From the NCBI GenBank assembly GCA_964504195.1, contig CAZDDI010000005.1, forward strand, positions 1,175 through 65,174: a DNA stretch of 64,000 nucleotides. Direction: 5' to 3'. Below are positions 54,668-63,711 of this stretch, in pieces. Below the pieces are notes generated by a model. That model worked only from the letters and a program-made list of their open reading frames with translations, was not told the DNA's origin and searched no databases. Within the stretch, counting starts at the first letter, position 1. Each line of letters opens with the position of its first letter. The position numbers and the translations under genes are program-made. This DNA is from an uncultured Anaerolineales bacterium. GTDB lineage: Bacteria; Chloroflexota; Anaerolineae; B4-G1; SLSP01.

Positions 54668-55297
54668 TTGGAAGGAGCGCGCTATGTTTCACCAATTGGG
54701 GGGCCCCTAATGGGCGTGGGGTTCTTACCGGCGGGGGGCCGCGACCGGTCTGGGGCTCCCGACGCGCACTGCGGGGGGCCGGGGCGGCCCCCGCGGCAGG
54801 CGGACGGGCAAGCAACCCTGGCCGCCGCGCTGAGCCTGCTGGTACTGGTGCTCCTGCTGGCCGGACTGCTCGACCTGGCGCAGAGCTGGGCGACCCGCAG
54901 TTGGGCGTACCGCGTGGCCGAGGCGGCGGCCCTGGCGGGGGTGGCGCAAGGCCGCGACTATGGCGCGTATGTGGCGACCGGGGTGCCGGCATTGCACCCG
55001 CTGGTGGCGGAGATGGCGGCGGGCACGACGCTGGAAACGGCCCTGGCCGCGCGTGGGCAGCTCAGCGGCGCGACATACGTTATTCGCGTCCATCCCACGC
55101 CCGGAATGTTAACCTATCCCGGCTATCCACCCGTCCCGCACGCGGCCCAGCCGCCAGGCGACTGGACGCCGACGGCCCCGGCGGTAGCGGTCTATCTGAC
55201 GCTGCCGCGCACCCCCGGGTTCTACGGGTGGGTGAACGGGAACGCGCCGGCACGGCTCCATGTGTTCGCCGCGGCGGAACTGGTGACCGCGCCATGA
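54668..55297 (+). CDS. TadE/TadG-like protein
   Basis: RQADGQATLAAALSLLVLVLLLAG N-terminal helix. GGAGGA upstream. Confidence 0.45.
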   Translation: MEGARYVSPIGGPLMGVGFLPAGGRDRSGAPDAHCGGPGRPPRQADGQATLAAALSLLVLVLLLAGLLDLAQSWATRSWAYRVAEAAALAGVAQGRDYGAYVATGVPALHPLVAEMAAGTTLETALAARGQLSGATYVIRVHPTPGMLTYPGYPPVPHAAQPPGDWTPTAPAVAVYLTLPRTPGFYGWVNGNAPARLHVFAAAELVTAP

Positions 55298-56436
55298 AGC
55301 CGGGGCGACGCTGGCTATGGGGCGGGCTCCTCTTGCTGCTCCTGGGCGGGCTGCGCGCGGATGCCGCGCCCGCGCCCGCCACCGGGCGGACGTATACGCT
55401 GTATGCCCAGGCCGAGTTCACCGGCCCCGCGTGTGGCGCGGGGTGGCAGTGGCAGGATGGCTGGGGCGCGGCGACTTATAGCTGCACTGGGGACACCGTG
55501 CGCCTGCTGCCCGCCAGCGCCACGACTCAGTATCGCACGACCGGTTTGCTGTGGCGCAACGATCTCTTGCCCAGCAGCGGCAATCTCGCTATCGAAACCC
55601 GCGTGCGGCTGGCCGCCTATGCCGGGTATGGCAATGATCCGCTGGTGTTGCTGCCCAGCCCCTATCACGGCGAACGGCAATGCTACGACGGGGTGCAGGG
55701 CCATCACCAGAATGCGCCGGCCTGTCCGGTAGCGCCGCCCCCGGGCTACTGGGGCGTCCACGGCGCGGGCAATGCACATACCCTGTATATCGGGCTGTTC
55801 GGCCAGGACTACCTGGAAATCCCGGCGACCACCCACTGGCATATCGTGCGCTGGGAGTATACCGCGGCGACACACCAGTGGGTCATGCGAGTCTTCCGCA
55901 CGGCAGCGCAGCCCCCCGGAACGCAGCCGTATGCCGGGCCGCCCACGGCGACGTATACCGTGACGGCGGCGCTGCGCCCGCAAGCGGTGCGCCTGGGGCA
56001 TCCGCTGTATTTCACCGGGCCCGAGGGCGCTTATGGCCCTGGCTATTGGAGCAGCCCGGAGACGGATTATCTGCGGGTCTGGACGTGGACCGCCTATGCG
56101 CTGGCCCCGACGCTCACCCGGGAGTATCCCTGGCTGGTCTGGTATGGCCCGCAGGTGGGCCAGCCGACCCAAGTGCTGCGCGGGACGGGTTACACGCCCC
56201 AGGGCGCGGTCACGGTGCAGGTGGCGGGGCCCGCCGGGTGCGGCCGGCACACCTATCTGGTCACCGCGGACGCGGCTGGGGCGTGGACCCTGGACGCGCT
56301 GAGCAGCGGCGAGGGGTGGTTCGGCACGGCTTGCCGGGGGACCTGGCAGGCCACGGCTACGGATGCGGCCAGCGGCTTGGGCAGTCCGGCCGCTACCTGG
56401 ACGGTGGCCTGGTTTCCGGTGCGGCGGACGCGCTGA
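55294..56436 (+). CDS. Secreted hypothetical protein (signal peptide, Trp/Gly/Tyr-rich), possibly pilus-associated
   Basis: MKPGRRWLWGGLLLLLLGGLRADAA signal peptide. ATGA overlap with the upstream gene. Confidence 0.5.
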   Translation: MKPGRRWLWGGLLLLLLGGLRADAAPAPATGRTYTLYAQAEFTGPACGAGWQWQDGWGAATYSCTGDTVRLLPASATTQYRTTGLLWRNDLLPSSGNLAIETRVRLAAYAGYGNDPLVLLPSPYHGERQCYDGVQGHHQNAPACPVAPPPGYWGVHGAGNAHTLYIGLFGQDYLEIPATTHWHIVRWEYTAATHQWVMRVFRTAAQPPGTQPYAGPPTATYTVTAALRPQAVRLGHPLYFTGPEGAYGPGYWSSPETDYLRVWTWTAYALAPTLTREYPWLVWYGPQVGQPTQVLRGTGYTPQGAVTVQVAGPAGCGRHTYLVTADAAGAWTLDALSSGEGWFGTACRGTWQATATDAASGLGSPAATWTVAWFPVRRTR

Positions 56437-56494
56437 GGGGCGCGGGGTAGGGACAGGGGCAGGCTCATATTTACCGAAGGGAGGCATTAGATTC

Positions 56495-57385
56495 ATGACT
56501 TTAGCTACTACAGTCTGGTTTTGGGCGGCTCTGGCTGCGGCCGGGGTATGGCTGGCCTGGCTGGCCGCTACGACCCGCGCCTATGTGCGCGTGGCCCCGG
56601 TGACGCAGTCCGGACTGCTGGCGCGGCTGGACGCCCGCTTGCAAGCTGCGGAGGTACCCGTGACGGCCCGCGAGTTCTTGCTGACGGGCCTGGCGATTGG
56701 CGCGGGGTTGGCCGGGGGAGCGCTGCTGGTGCTGGGGCCGACGGTGCTGGCGGCGGTCGTGCTCCTGAGCGGGCCGGTGATTTACTGGCAGGTGTGGGCC
56801 GCGAAACTGGCGCGCTACCGGCGTGCGTATCTACTGGCGCTGGACAAGGCCATTGAGACGCTGCTCCGCGCCTACACGGCCAATCCCAATCTCAACGCGG
56901 CCTTGCAGGAAGCCACGCCCTATATGCTGGAACCCGTGCGCAGCGATTTCGTGCAGGTGGTCACCGCTTTGCAGACCGGCACCAGCATCAGCGACGCGGT
57001 GTATCAGGTGGCTGAGCGTCGCGCTAACCCCTATTTCGACATGCTGGCCGAAGCCCTGGCGGTGCGCGAGCAGCAGGGCGGCAAACTCAAGAGCGTGCTC
57101 CAGGGCTTGCAGAGCCTCATGCACGGCGTCATCCAGATTCAGAACGAAATCCGCGCCCGGCAAACGCAGCCCCAACTAGAGGGGGCGATTGTCGCAGTAG
57201 CGCCGTTCGGCTTCTTGATCCTGCTCAAGGTGGGCATGGCGCAATACGAGGGCGGTTTCTACGCCACCCTGGAAGGGCAGCTGGTGCTGGCAGTGGCGAT
57301 TATCTTTTCCGGCCTGGCCTATCTGCTGGCGCAGAAAATCGCCCGCGCGGGCCTGGATCTGGAAGCCCAAGGGGGGGGCCGATGA
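56495..57385 (+). CDS. Second TadB-like platform protein
   Basis: GAAGGGAGG Shine-Dalgarno. Three transmembrane regions with a cytoplasmic T2SS-F-like domain. Confidence 0.6.
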   Translation: MTLATTVWFWAALAAAGVWLAWLAATTRAYVRVAPVTQSGLLARLDARLQAAEVPVTAREFLLTGLAIGAGLAGGALLVLGPTVLAAVVLLSGPVIYWQVWAAKLARYRRAYLLALDKAIETLLRAYTANPNLNAALQEATPYMLEPVRSDFVQVVTALQTGTSISDAVYQVAERRANPYFDMLAEALAVREQQGGKLKSVLQGLQSLMHGVIQIQNEIRARQTQPQLEGAIVAVAPFGFLILLKVGMAQYEGGFYATLEGQLVLAVAIIFSGLAYLLAQKIARAGLDLEAQGGGR

Positions 57386-58284
57386 CCGCGGCGCACTGGT
57401 GGTGGGCGGGCCTGGCCGCCCTGGGGACCGGCTTGCTGGTCACCGCCGGCCAGCGCCGCGCGCCGCGGGCGCTGGGGCTACCGGACCGGGGACTGGCCCA
57501 GCGCCCGCTGGTAGACCGGCTCTTTGGCGCGTGGGCGGAAGGGCTATTGCAGCGCCGCAATGCGCCGGACATAGAGACTCGCCTCCAGCAGGCCGGGCTG
57601 TGGCAACGCGCGGGCGCGCTCTATCCCGATGTCCGCACTTTCTATGCCTATTGCCTGGCAAGCGCGACGCTGCTGGCCGGGCTGGGGCTGGGCGGGGGCC
57701 TCTTGCTGGCGCTGCTGGGCGAGCTGCCGCTTACCCTGGCGGTGGGGTTGGCCGTGGGGCTGGGCGCGCTGGGCGGGTTTCTGCCGGTCGGGGATCTGCG
57801 CAGCCAAATCGCGCACCGCGATGATCGCATGGTGGCCGATATGGCGTCCGCGCTTGACCGGCTGGCGAATTTCCTGGCGGCGGGCTATCCCTTGCCCTAC
57901 GCCATCCACGAGTTGGCCCAGCGGCCCGGCGGCGTGTTCGTGGCCGAGTTACGGGAGGTGGCGGCGCATTACGACGTGAGCGGCGATTTGGTGGCCGGGG
58001 TAGAAGCCCTCTTGGAAACCAACGGCCATCTGCCGCCGCTGCTGCCGTTTGCCACGCTGCTCAAGACCGCGACACGGCTGGGCGGCGGCGTCAGCGAAGC
58101 GCTGCGCGCCCTGGCGGCAGAGCTGCGCGCGGAACTGACCCAACGCATCACGGCGCGGGGCTATCGCAACACGGTCTTGATGATCGTGCCGGCGTTTTTC
58201 GCCATCCTCGCCACGCTGTTGGTGTTGGCCGCGCCGGGCGCCCTGCGCGCCTTTGCCAGCCTGGGCGCGGGCGGCGGGTGGTAA
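57382..58284 (+). CDS. Second TadC-like platform protein
   Basis: ATGA overlap with the upstream gene. Polytopic with a T2SS-F-like central domain. Confidence 0.6.
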   Translation: MTAAHWWWAGLAALGTGLLVTAGQRRAPRALGLPDRGLAQRPLVDRLFGAWAEGLLQRRNAPDIETRLQQAGLWQRAGALYPDVRTFYAYCLASATLLAGLGLGGGLLLALLGELPLTLAVGLAVGLGALGGFLPVGDLRSQIAHRDDRMVADMASALDRLANFLAAGYPLPYAIHELAQRPGGVFVAELREVAAHYDVSGDLVAGVEALLETNGHLPPLLPFATLLKTATRLGGGVSEALRALAAELRAELTQRITARGYRNTVLMIVPAFFAILATLLVLAAPGALRAFASLGAGGGW

Positions 58285-58408
58285 GCCGCGCCGCGGGGGC
58301 GCAAAATCTACCGGAGGGGGTGTGGCGCTAGTACGACGGGGAGTAGCGCGCCCCAGCTGCTTCGACTCAGGTTTTAATTTCACCAATAGGAGGTTTTGAC
58401 CAACGCTT

Positions 58409-58690
58409 ATGAGATGGACGTTACGAGTAGCGGGCCTGGAGCAGGCGGTGCTCCGCCGGTATTGCCAGGCCACTGCCCACCCGGTAGCGCGGCGCTGGGC
58501 CGCGGTATGCCAGGGGCGGATACGGACAGCGCTCGCCCGCGAAGAAGGGCAAGGGCTGTTGGAGTATATTATCGCCATCGCCGGCGTGTTTGTCGTGGCG
58601 GCGGCGGTGTTGGCGCTGTATCGCGCCGTGCAGGGCAAGTACGGGGAGGCGACCACCAGTGTCAATTCCCTGAGTATTTCTGCGCCCTGA
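58409..58690 (+). CDS. Flp-like pilin with an unusually long leader
   Basis: EEGQGLLEYIIAIAGVFVVAAAV is a canonical Flp G/xxxxEY + helix. AGGAGGT upstream. The true start may be internal. Confidence 0.5.
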   Translation: MRWTLRVAGLEQAVLRRYCQATAHPVARRWAAVCQGRIRTALAREEGQGLLEYIIAIAGVFVVAAAVLALYRAVQGKYGEATTSVNSLSISAP

Positions 58691-58746
58691 CTTAACCAGA
58701 GCGGGCGCCGGCCACCGGCGCCCGCTCCCCTGAAGGAGGTATCCCG

Positions 58747-59172
58747 ATGACCCAAATTTCTCCCCCGCCTGCGCGCCAGAGTGAGCGCGGGCAAGCCTTG
58801 TTGGAAATGTTGTTGGTGCTGCCGGTCTTTCTGTTTTTGACCGGCGCCATCCTCGGCATCGGCTGGACGTACTGGGTCCGCCTGAATCACGCGGCCTACG
58901 CGCAAGAAGTGACCACGCTGGCCGGCAAAGCCAATGCCTTGGCCGCCGGGGCCGCCGGGGCGGCGCGCTTTATGGCCGGGAGCAATGTGGACTTCGGCGC
59001 GCACACGACGGTCTCCCACCTCACCCTCCAGCGTGGCGTCCAGGCGACCGCGCGCTATCCGGGGCCGGAGTTGCTGCTGTGGGACCTGGCCGCGCCAGAA
59101 ATCACGGCGGGCGCGTTCACCCGCTGGGAACAGTTCTATGCCGGGCCGCCGGCGGCGGGCGCCTTCGAATGA
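58747..59172 (+). CDS. TadE-like pseudopilin
   Basis: SERGQALLEMLLVLPVFLFL. AAGGAGGT Shine-Dalgarno. Confidence 0.6.
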   Translation: MTQISPPPARQSERGQALLEMLLVLPVFLFLTGAILGIGWTYWVRLNHAAYAQEVTTLAGKANALAAGAAGAARFMAGSNVDFGAHTTVSHLTLQRGVQATARYPGPELLLWDLAAPEITAGAFTRWEQFYAGPPAAGAFE

Positions 59173-59609
59173 GGCGCGGGGCCCGGCGCTACCCGGATGA
59201 ACGCGGGCAAGCCGCTTTGGAAATGCTCCTGGCGCTGCCGGTGCTCATGTTAATCCTGGCCGCCGTGTTGGGCTTTGGGCGGGTGCTCTTCGTGGCCCTG
59301 GCCGTAGACCAGGCGGCTTTCAGCGGGGGACGCTTCGCGGCGGAGAGCCTCAATCCGTATCAGGCGGCGTATCAAGCCGCCCGCGCGACGGCCGGGAATC
59401 TGACCGCCAGCGGCCTGGACGCGACGGCCGCGACCTGGCAACTCCAGGCGGCGGGCTGGCAGCGCGGTGGGGCCGTGACCAACCGCGTGGGGGTGGCCGT
59501 ACCAGTGGGCGACATCCCGCTGGCCCCGCTGCTGTTCGGCGGGGAGCGGGTGTCCGTGTGGCAGCAAGCTACGTTCCGCGTGCAGCGCTGGAAGTCGCGG
59601 TGGCAATGA
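59169..59609 (+). CDS. TadE-like pseudopilin
   Basis: DERGQAALEMLLALPVLMLIL. ATGA overlap with the upstream gene. Confidence 0.55.
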   Translation: MRRGARRYPDERGQAALEMLLALPVLMLILAAVLGFGRVLFVALAVDQAAFSGGRFAAESLNPYQAAYQAARATAGNLTASGLDATAATWQLQAAGWQRGGAVTNRVGVAVPVGDIPLAPLLFGGERVSVWQQATFRVQRWKSRWQ

Positions 59610-60124
59610 GGCGGATGACGGACGACGGACGACCGCCGACGGCAGCAGCGCCCTGCCCCGCGCCATTGCAAGTAACTGACAGCAGTCAGCGGTCACCGCT
59701 CGCAACCTGCTTGCAAGATGAGCGCGGCCAGGTGCTCGTGTGGTTGCTGATTCTGCTACCGCTTTTGCTGCTCATGGCGGGCATCCTCATCGAAGGCGGC
59801 CTCATGTACCGCGCCTACCGCCTGGCGCAATTGGCCGCCGATAGCGCCGCGCACGCCGCCGCGCAGGAACTTGATACGGCGCTGTACCTGCGCACCGGGC
59901 GCGTGGCCTTGACCCCGCAGGCCGCCGCAGTCGCGCAAGCCTTCGCCGCGCCCAACGCGCGCGGTCCGATCACTTGCGGGACGCCGCAGATCTGGGCCAA
60001 CCAGGTGGAACTCATCTGCCAGGCTACGTTACACCCGGTAGTGCTGGTCAATGGCCCGCCGGTGCGTGTGACGGTGCGCGGCCGCGCCCGCCCCGCGTGG
60101 GGCGCGCTGCTCGAGGGCGAGTGA
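59606..60124 (+). CDS. TadG/TadE-like pseudopilin
   Basis: DERGQVLVWLLILLPLLLLMAG. ATGA overlap with the upstream gene. Confidence 0.55.
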   Translation: MRRMTDDGRPPTAAAPCPAPLQVTDSSQRSPLATCLQDERGQVLVWLLILLPLLLLMAGILIEGGLMYRAYRLAQLAADSAAHAAAQELDTALYLRTGRVALTPQAAAVAQAFAAPNARGPITCGTPQIWANQVELICQATLHPVVLVNGPPVRVTVRGRARPAWGALLEGE

Positions 60125-60223
60125 GCGAGCAGGCGAGTCAGCGAAAAAACGCATCCACGCATCAGCAAGCGCACGCTTGATTATCCGACTAAAGACTATC
60201 TGACTACGGACAAGGAGGAAACC

Positions 60224-60886
60224 ATGAAACTCAAATCCACGGCTTTGATTTTGGGAGCAGTCTTGCTCATCTTCACAGGCGTGTTGGGCGCGTGCGGGAG
60301 CCGGGTGTATCAGCAGCTTACCGCGCCGCGCGTGGCCCCGGCCGCAGCGCCTGACCCGCGCCTGACGCCGGCGCTCCTGGCGACTGCGTCGCCGCCCCCG
60401 CCAGTGGCGGGCAGCGCCCCGGCCACGCCCGCCGCGGCGGAGCAGGCCGCCGTGCGCGCCGCCTTTGCCGCGCTCTTACCCCGCGCGCGGGTGTTATCCG
60501 CCGATGCGGCGACGTTGCGCGCCTATGACCGCGCCGCGCAGACCGCCGCCGCGCAAGCGCAGCTGGCCCCGGACTATGCCTGGCCCCCCTTACACAGCGA
60601 TTTCGTCTTCGTCTATACCGCGTTAGGGCCGGAGAATCCCCTCAGTTGCGCCGCCCCGGACGCCTGCCGCCTCACGCAGGCGGTGCTGGGCATTCAGGCG
60701 GTGTTGCTGCTGGACCCGGCCTTGTGCGTCCCGGACAGCGCGCCGTGTCTGACGCCGCTGGCCGACCACCAGGTTGACGCCCGCGACAATCTCATCACGG
60801 CGGATTTCCAACGTGATCTTGACGGCGCGTGGCGCTTGTGCGGCTGGGAGATTACCCCGCTGCCCGCGCCGCCGCCAGGCTGGTAG
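60224..60886 (+). CDS. Lipoprotein, hypothetical
   Basis: AAGGAGGAAACC Shine-Dalgarno. MKLKSTALILGAVLLIFTGVLGAC lipobox. Confidence 0.5.
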   Translation: MKLKSTALILGAVLLIFTGVLGACGSRVYQQLTAPRVAPAAAPDPRLTPALLATASPPPPVAGSAPATPAAAEQAAVRAAFAALLPRARVLSADAATLRAYDRAAQTAAAQAQLAPDYAWPPLHSDFVFVYTALGPENPLSCAAPDACRLTQAVLGIQAVLLLDPALCVPDSAPCLTPLADHQVDARDNLITADFQRDLDGAWRLCGWEITPLPAPPPGW

Positions 60887-60896
60887 GCACCCGCCG

Positions 60897-62357
60897 ATGA
60901 CGCGCTGGTGGGTGCGCTTACTGATTTGGGCGCTGGTGACGGCGCTGTTGGTGGGGCTGTGGCACTGGGCCGGTGCCGCGCCGGTGGGCGCGTGTTGTAC
61001 GCCGCCGGCCAATGGCTGTTGCGGGACGCCGGCGAGCGGCTGTTTCCTGTGCCAAACCCAGGATGACGGCGGCGGCGGTAGCGGCGGCACCACCCCGCCC
61101 GGCCCGCCGGCCCCCACCCCGCCGCCCGGGCCGGGGGACCCGCCGGGGCCGCCCGGAACCCCCGCGCCGCCGCCGCCCACGCCCGCGCCCCCGCCGGGGC
61201 TGCCCGGAGCCGGCTACTATACTAGCGCGTGTGATGCGGTGCTGCTCGGTTGCCCGCACGGGTGGGCGGTGGTGCTCTGGTGGTGTGTGCCCGGCGGACA
61301 GTGTTATCTGGTGCGCGCGCGCTGCGCGGCGGCGGGCGAGTGCGACCTGGTAACGCCTACGCCGCGTCCTACGCCCGGCGCGGGCGACCCGTCGCAGTGG
61401 CCGTGCGCGGATGTGCCGGACGTGTACCCCGGCGGCCTGGATCAGACCTGCGACGACTGGCAATGGGATTTGCGCGTGCAGGTGCAGATCCCGCCCGCGC
61501 AAGTGCTGCGCCATCCCTGGCCGCGCGCGCTGGTGGGGTTGCCCACTACCCTCTGGTACACGGGGGCGCCGCAGCGCGTCGAGCAGTTCTCAGCGGGCCG
61601 CGCCTTCCCCTGTCAGGTCCAGCCGGGCGCGGCGTATAGTCGGCTGGGGGATGTCCCCGCGTGCCCGGCCCCTATCGGCGCACCCAGCGCCGGCACGCGG
61701 GTTAATCTGCAACTGGGCGTGGCCTGGCAGCGCTGGCAGCTGGGCGGCCCGGCCGTGTACGGCTACACGCCACCGTATGAGGTGCGGGTCACAGTGGAAG
61801 AGCGCGCCTGGAATGCGGCGGGCGCGGCGGAGGGCTACGTCTTACAGCACACCTTCGAGACCTCGTCGTATGGCCTCATCGCCAATGGCCCGCGCTGGAA
61901 TCCAGCCTGTCAAGACCGCGCGTGTGCCTGTGATGAGCGGGTGGCCGGCTGGGATATGCCCGCGTATCAGGGCAGTGTGCAGACCTGGTGGTATCCGCTG
62001 TGGACGTGGAAATATGATGAACTGCACTGCACCCGCCGCGAGTGGGGGCCCTGCTTCTACCGCGCGGAGCCGCCGCTGGGCCAGCCTTACCAGACGTGTG
62101 CGGAGGCGGAGCATTACCAACTGGAAGTCTGCACGGAATGGCAGTGGCGCCCGGTCACCGGGCCGCTGTTTGGGTGTCCCGGTGAGCAACAGGGCGCGTG
62201 GTGTGTGTATGATTTGCGGGGGTTGGGCTATCACCCGCTGACCCCCTGGGCCGCTGCGGAGACGGCCGGCGCCGATGCGCACGGGGTGCCCTGCGGCAGT
62301 TTCACGCCGGGTTTGGCGATTCCGGTCATCGAAGCGCAATCTATCTTAATTCCGTAG
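60897..62357 (+). CDS. Secreted Cys-rich protein with poly-Pro/Gly linker, hypothetical
   Basis: N-terminal transmembrane/signal segment. CCTPPANGCCGTPASGCFLC cluster. PPGPPAPTPPPGPG linker. The listed ORF start at 60774 overlaps the upstream gene. Confidence 0.5.
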   Translation: MTRWWVRLLIWALVTALLVGLWHWAGAAPVGACCTPPANGCCGTPASGCFLCQTQDDGGGGSGGTTPPGPPAPTPPPGPGDPPGPPGTPAPPPPTPAPPPGLPGAGYYTSACDAVLLGCPHGWAVVLWWCVPGGQCYLVRARCAAAGECDLVTPTPRPTPGAGDPSQWPCADVPDVYPGGLDQTCDDWQWDLRVQVQIPPAQVLRHPWPRALVGLPTTLWYTGAPQRVEQFSAGRAFPCQVQPGAAYSRLGDVPACPAPIGAPSAGTRVNLQLGVAWQRWQLGGPAVYGYTPPYEVRVTVEERAWNAAGAAEGYVLQHTFETSSYGLIANGPRWNPACQDRACACDERVAGWDMPAYQGSVQTWWYPLWTWKYDELHCTRREWGPCFYRAEPPLGQPYQTCAEAEHYQLEVCTEWQWRPVTGPLFGCPGEQQGAWCVYDLRGLGYHPLTPWAAAETAGADAHGVPCGSFTPGLAIPVIEAQSILIP

Positions 62358-62401
62358 GACGTACTGCGTAAAGGCGGCGCTGGTTACGCAATACGCAGTC
62401 C
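62358..62401. repeat. Palindromic extragenic element, GTACTGCGTAA family, copy 2
   Basis: GGACGTACTGCGTAA-aggcggcgctgg-TTACGCAATACGCAGTCC lies directly after the stop codon. It shares the CGTACTGCGTAA / TTACGCA.TACGCAGT arms with the 25325 copy. Confidence 0.5.
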
Positions 62402-62465
62402 GCCTTAAAACCAGTAACCAGCAACCAGTTTCAAAGAATTATTCTATGCACAAGGAGTGTGAACG

Positions 62466-62882
62466 ATGAATAACATTTCGCTTTCGGGGGTGGTGGTGCG
62501 GCGGCGGGTGTCGCCGGATCAGACGACGGTCTACCGGATGTTGATTCCCCGCCAGCCGGGGATGTTGCCGAATCCTGACGGCAAGAACTTCGATGCGATT
62601 GACGTGTGTTTCCCGCAGGCCGTGGGCCGCGCGCCCGCGTGGCAGCCGGGCGACCAGGTGGAAGTGGCCGGGTTCTTGCAGCAGCGCGATACGCGGGAGA
62701 GCCTGGTTCACCTGTTGCGCCGCGCTGAAGGCTGGAGCGCCGGGGAACACCCCGCGTTGCCCAAGGCGGGCACGGGGTTTGTGCAGCAGGCCAAGGTCGA
62801 GGTGGTGGCAACGCAGTGGCGGTGGTTGGGCCGGAAGGAGGAGCGCGAAGCAAGTCGGCCCGCAGCGCCGTCCGCAGCGTAG
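62466..62882 (+). CDS. Hypothetical protein, possibly OB-fold/SSB-like (weak)
   Basis: CAAGGAGTG Shine-Dalgarno. The N-terminal pattern MNNISLSGVVVRRRVSPDQTTVYRML resembles SSB N-termini only loosely. Confidence 0.4.
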   Translation: MNNISLSGVVVRRRVSPDQTTVYRMLIPRQPGMLPNPDGKNFDAIDVCFPQAVGRAPAWQPGDQVEVAGFLQQRDTRESLVHLLRRAEGWSAGEHPALPKAGTGFVQQAKVEVVATQWRWLGRKEEREASRPAAPSAA

Positions 62883-62967
62883 TTTTGTAACCCGTCTTGG
62901 TGCAGTGTGCCGCCCCCACGCCAGTTCTCGTGGGGGCGGTGTGGTTAATCTGCCCGCGCGACGGCGC

Positions 62968-63582
62968 TCAGGGGATGTCCTGATAGCCGGCTGCAAGCAA
63001 TGTGGGACATTTACGGTCCAAATCCAGGTAGAGGATGTGAGCGCCTACCGGGCCGCGGAAGCCCAGGCGTTGATAATAGCGGATTAGCCCGGCCCTGGCG
63101 GTTTCCAACTCTGCGGGTGTCAGTTGCGCGGCATTCAGGGGTTGGGCGGTGAGCAGCACCAGGCTACAGCCGTGTCCAAACCGCCGAATCGTCTCCCAGA
63201 GCGCGGCCAGACCCATCTTGTACCCCTGGAAAGCCGGCACAATGCTCAGGTGTTGGATAATCAAGACGTTTTCTCCCCTGACCTGTTCGGACAGCGTGCC
63301 TTGGAGCTCCCCGTTGGCATCGTAGAGCAGGTCGTAGTAGGGGAGTAGCCCGCGGGACCCCTCGCCCGCGGCATCGAAGACATCCCAAATGTTTACCTCA
63401 TTATCAATCGCAGCTTCAACATCTACATAACAGGCGGTGATTTCCCCGGCTACGTTGTCCGCGTCCGTATCCGTGGAGTGAGGGGTAACTTCCATGATCT
63501 TTCCGGTAATGTCAGTAAACAGATCATCCTCGTTCAAGGGACCCGCATTGACAAATGTGCTCAGCGTATAGTGAATAATCAT
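62968..63582 (-). CDS. Hypothetical acidic protein (204 aa)
   Basis: Clean ORF on the minus strand. No recognised motif. Confidence 0.45.
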   Translation of the reverse strand: MIIHYTLSTFVNAGPLNEDDLFTDITGKIMEVTPHSTDTDADNVAGEITACYVDVEAAIDNEVNIWDVFDAAGEGSRGLLPYYDLLYDANGELQGTLSEQVRGENVLIIQHLSIVPAFQGYKMGLAALWETIRRFGHGCSLVLLTAQPLNAAQLTPAELETARAGLIRYYQRLGFRGPVGAHILYLDLDRKCPTLLAAGYQDIP

Positions 63583-63711
63583 CTGCGATGGCTCCTGAAT
63601 AGTATGGAACAGTGAATTCGGTTATATGATAGCCATACTTGCTATATTGGGGATTACCGTTGAAAAGGATCCGCAGCCTTTTCAAAACTTCTATAATGAC
63701 ATACATTTGCT

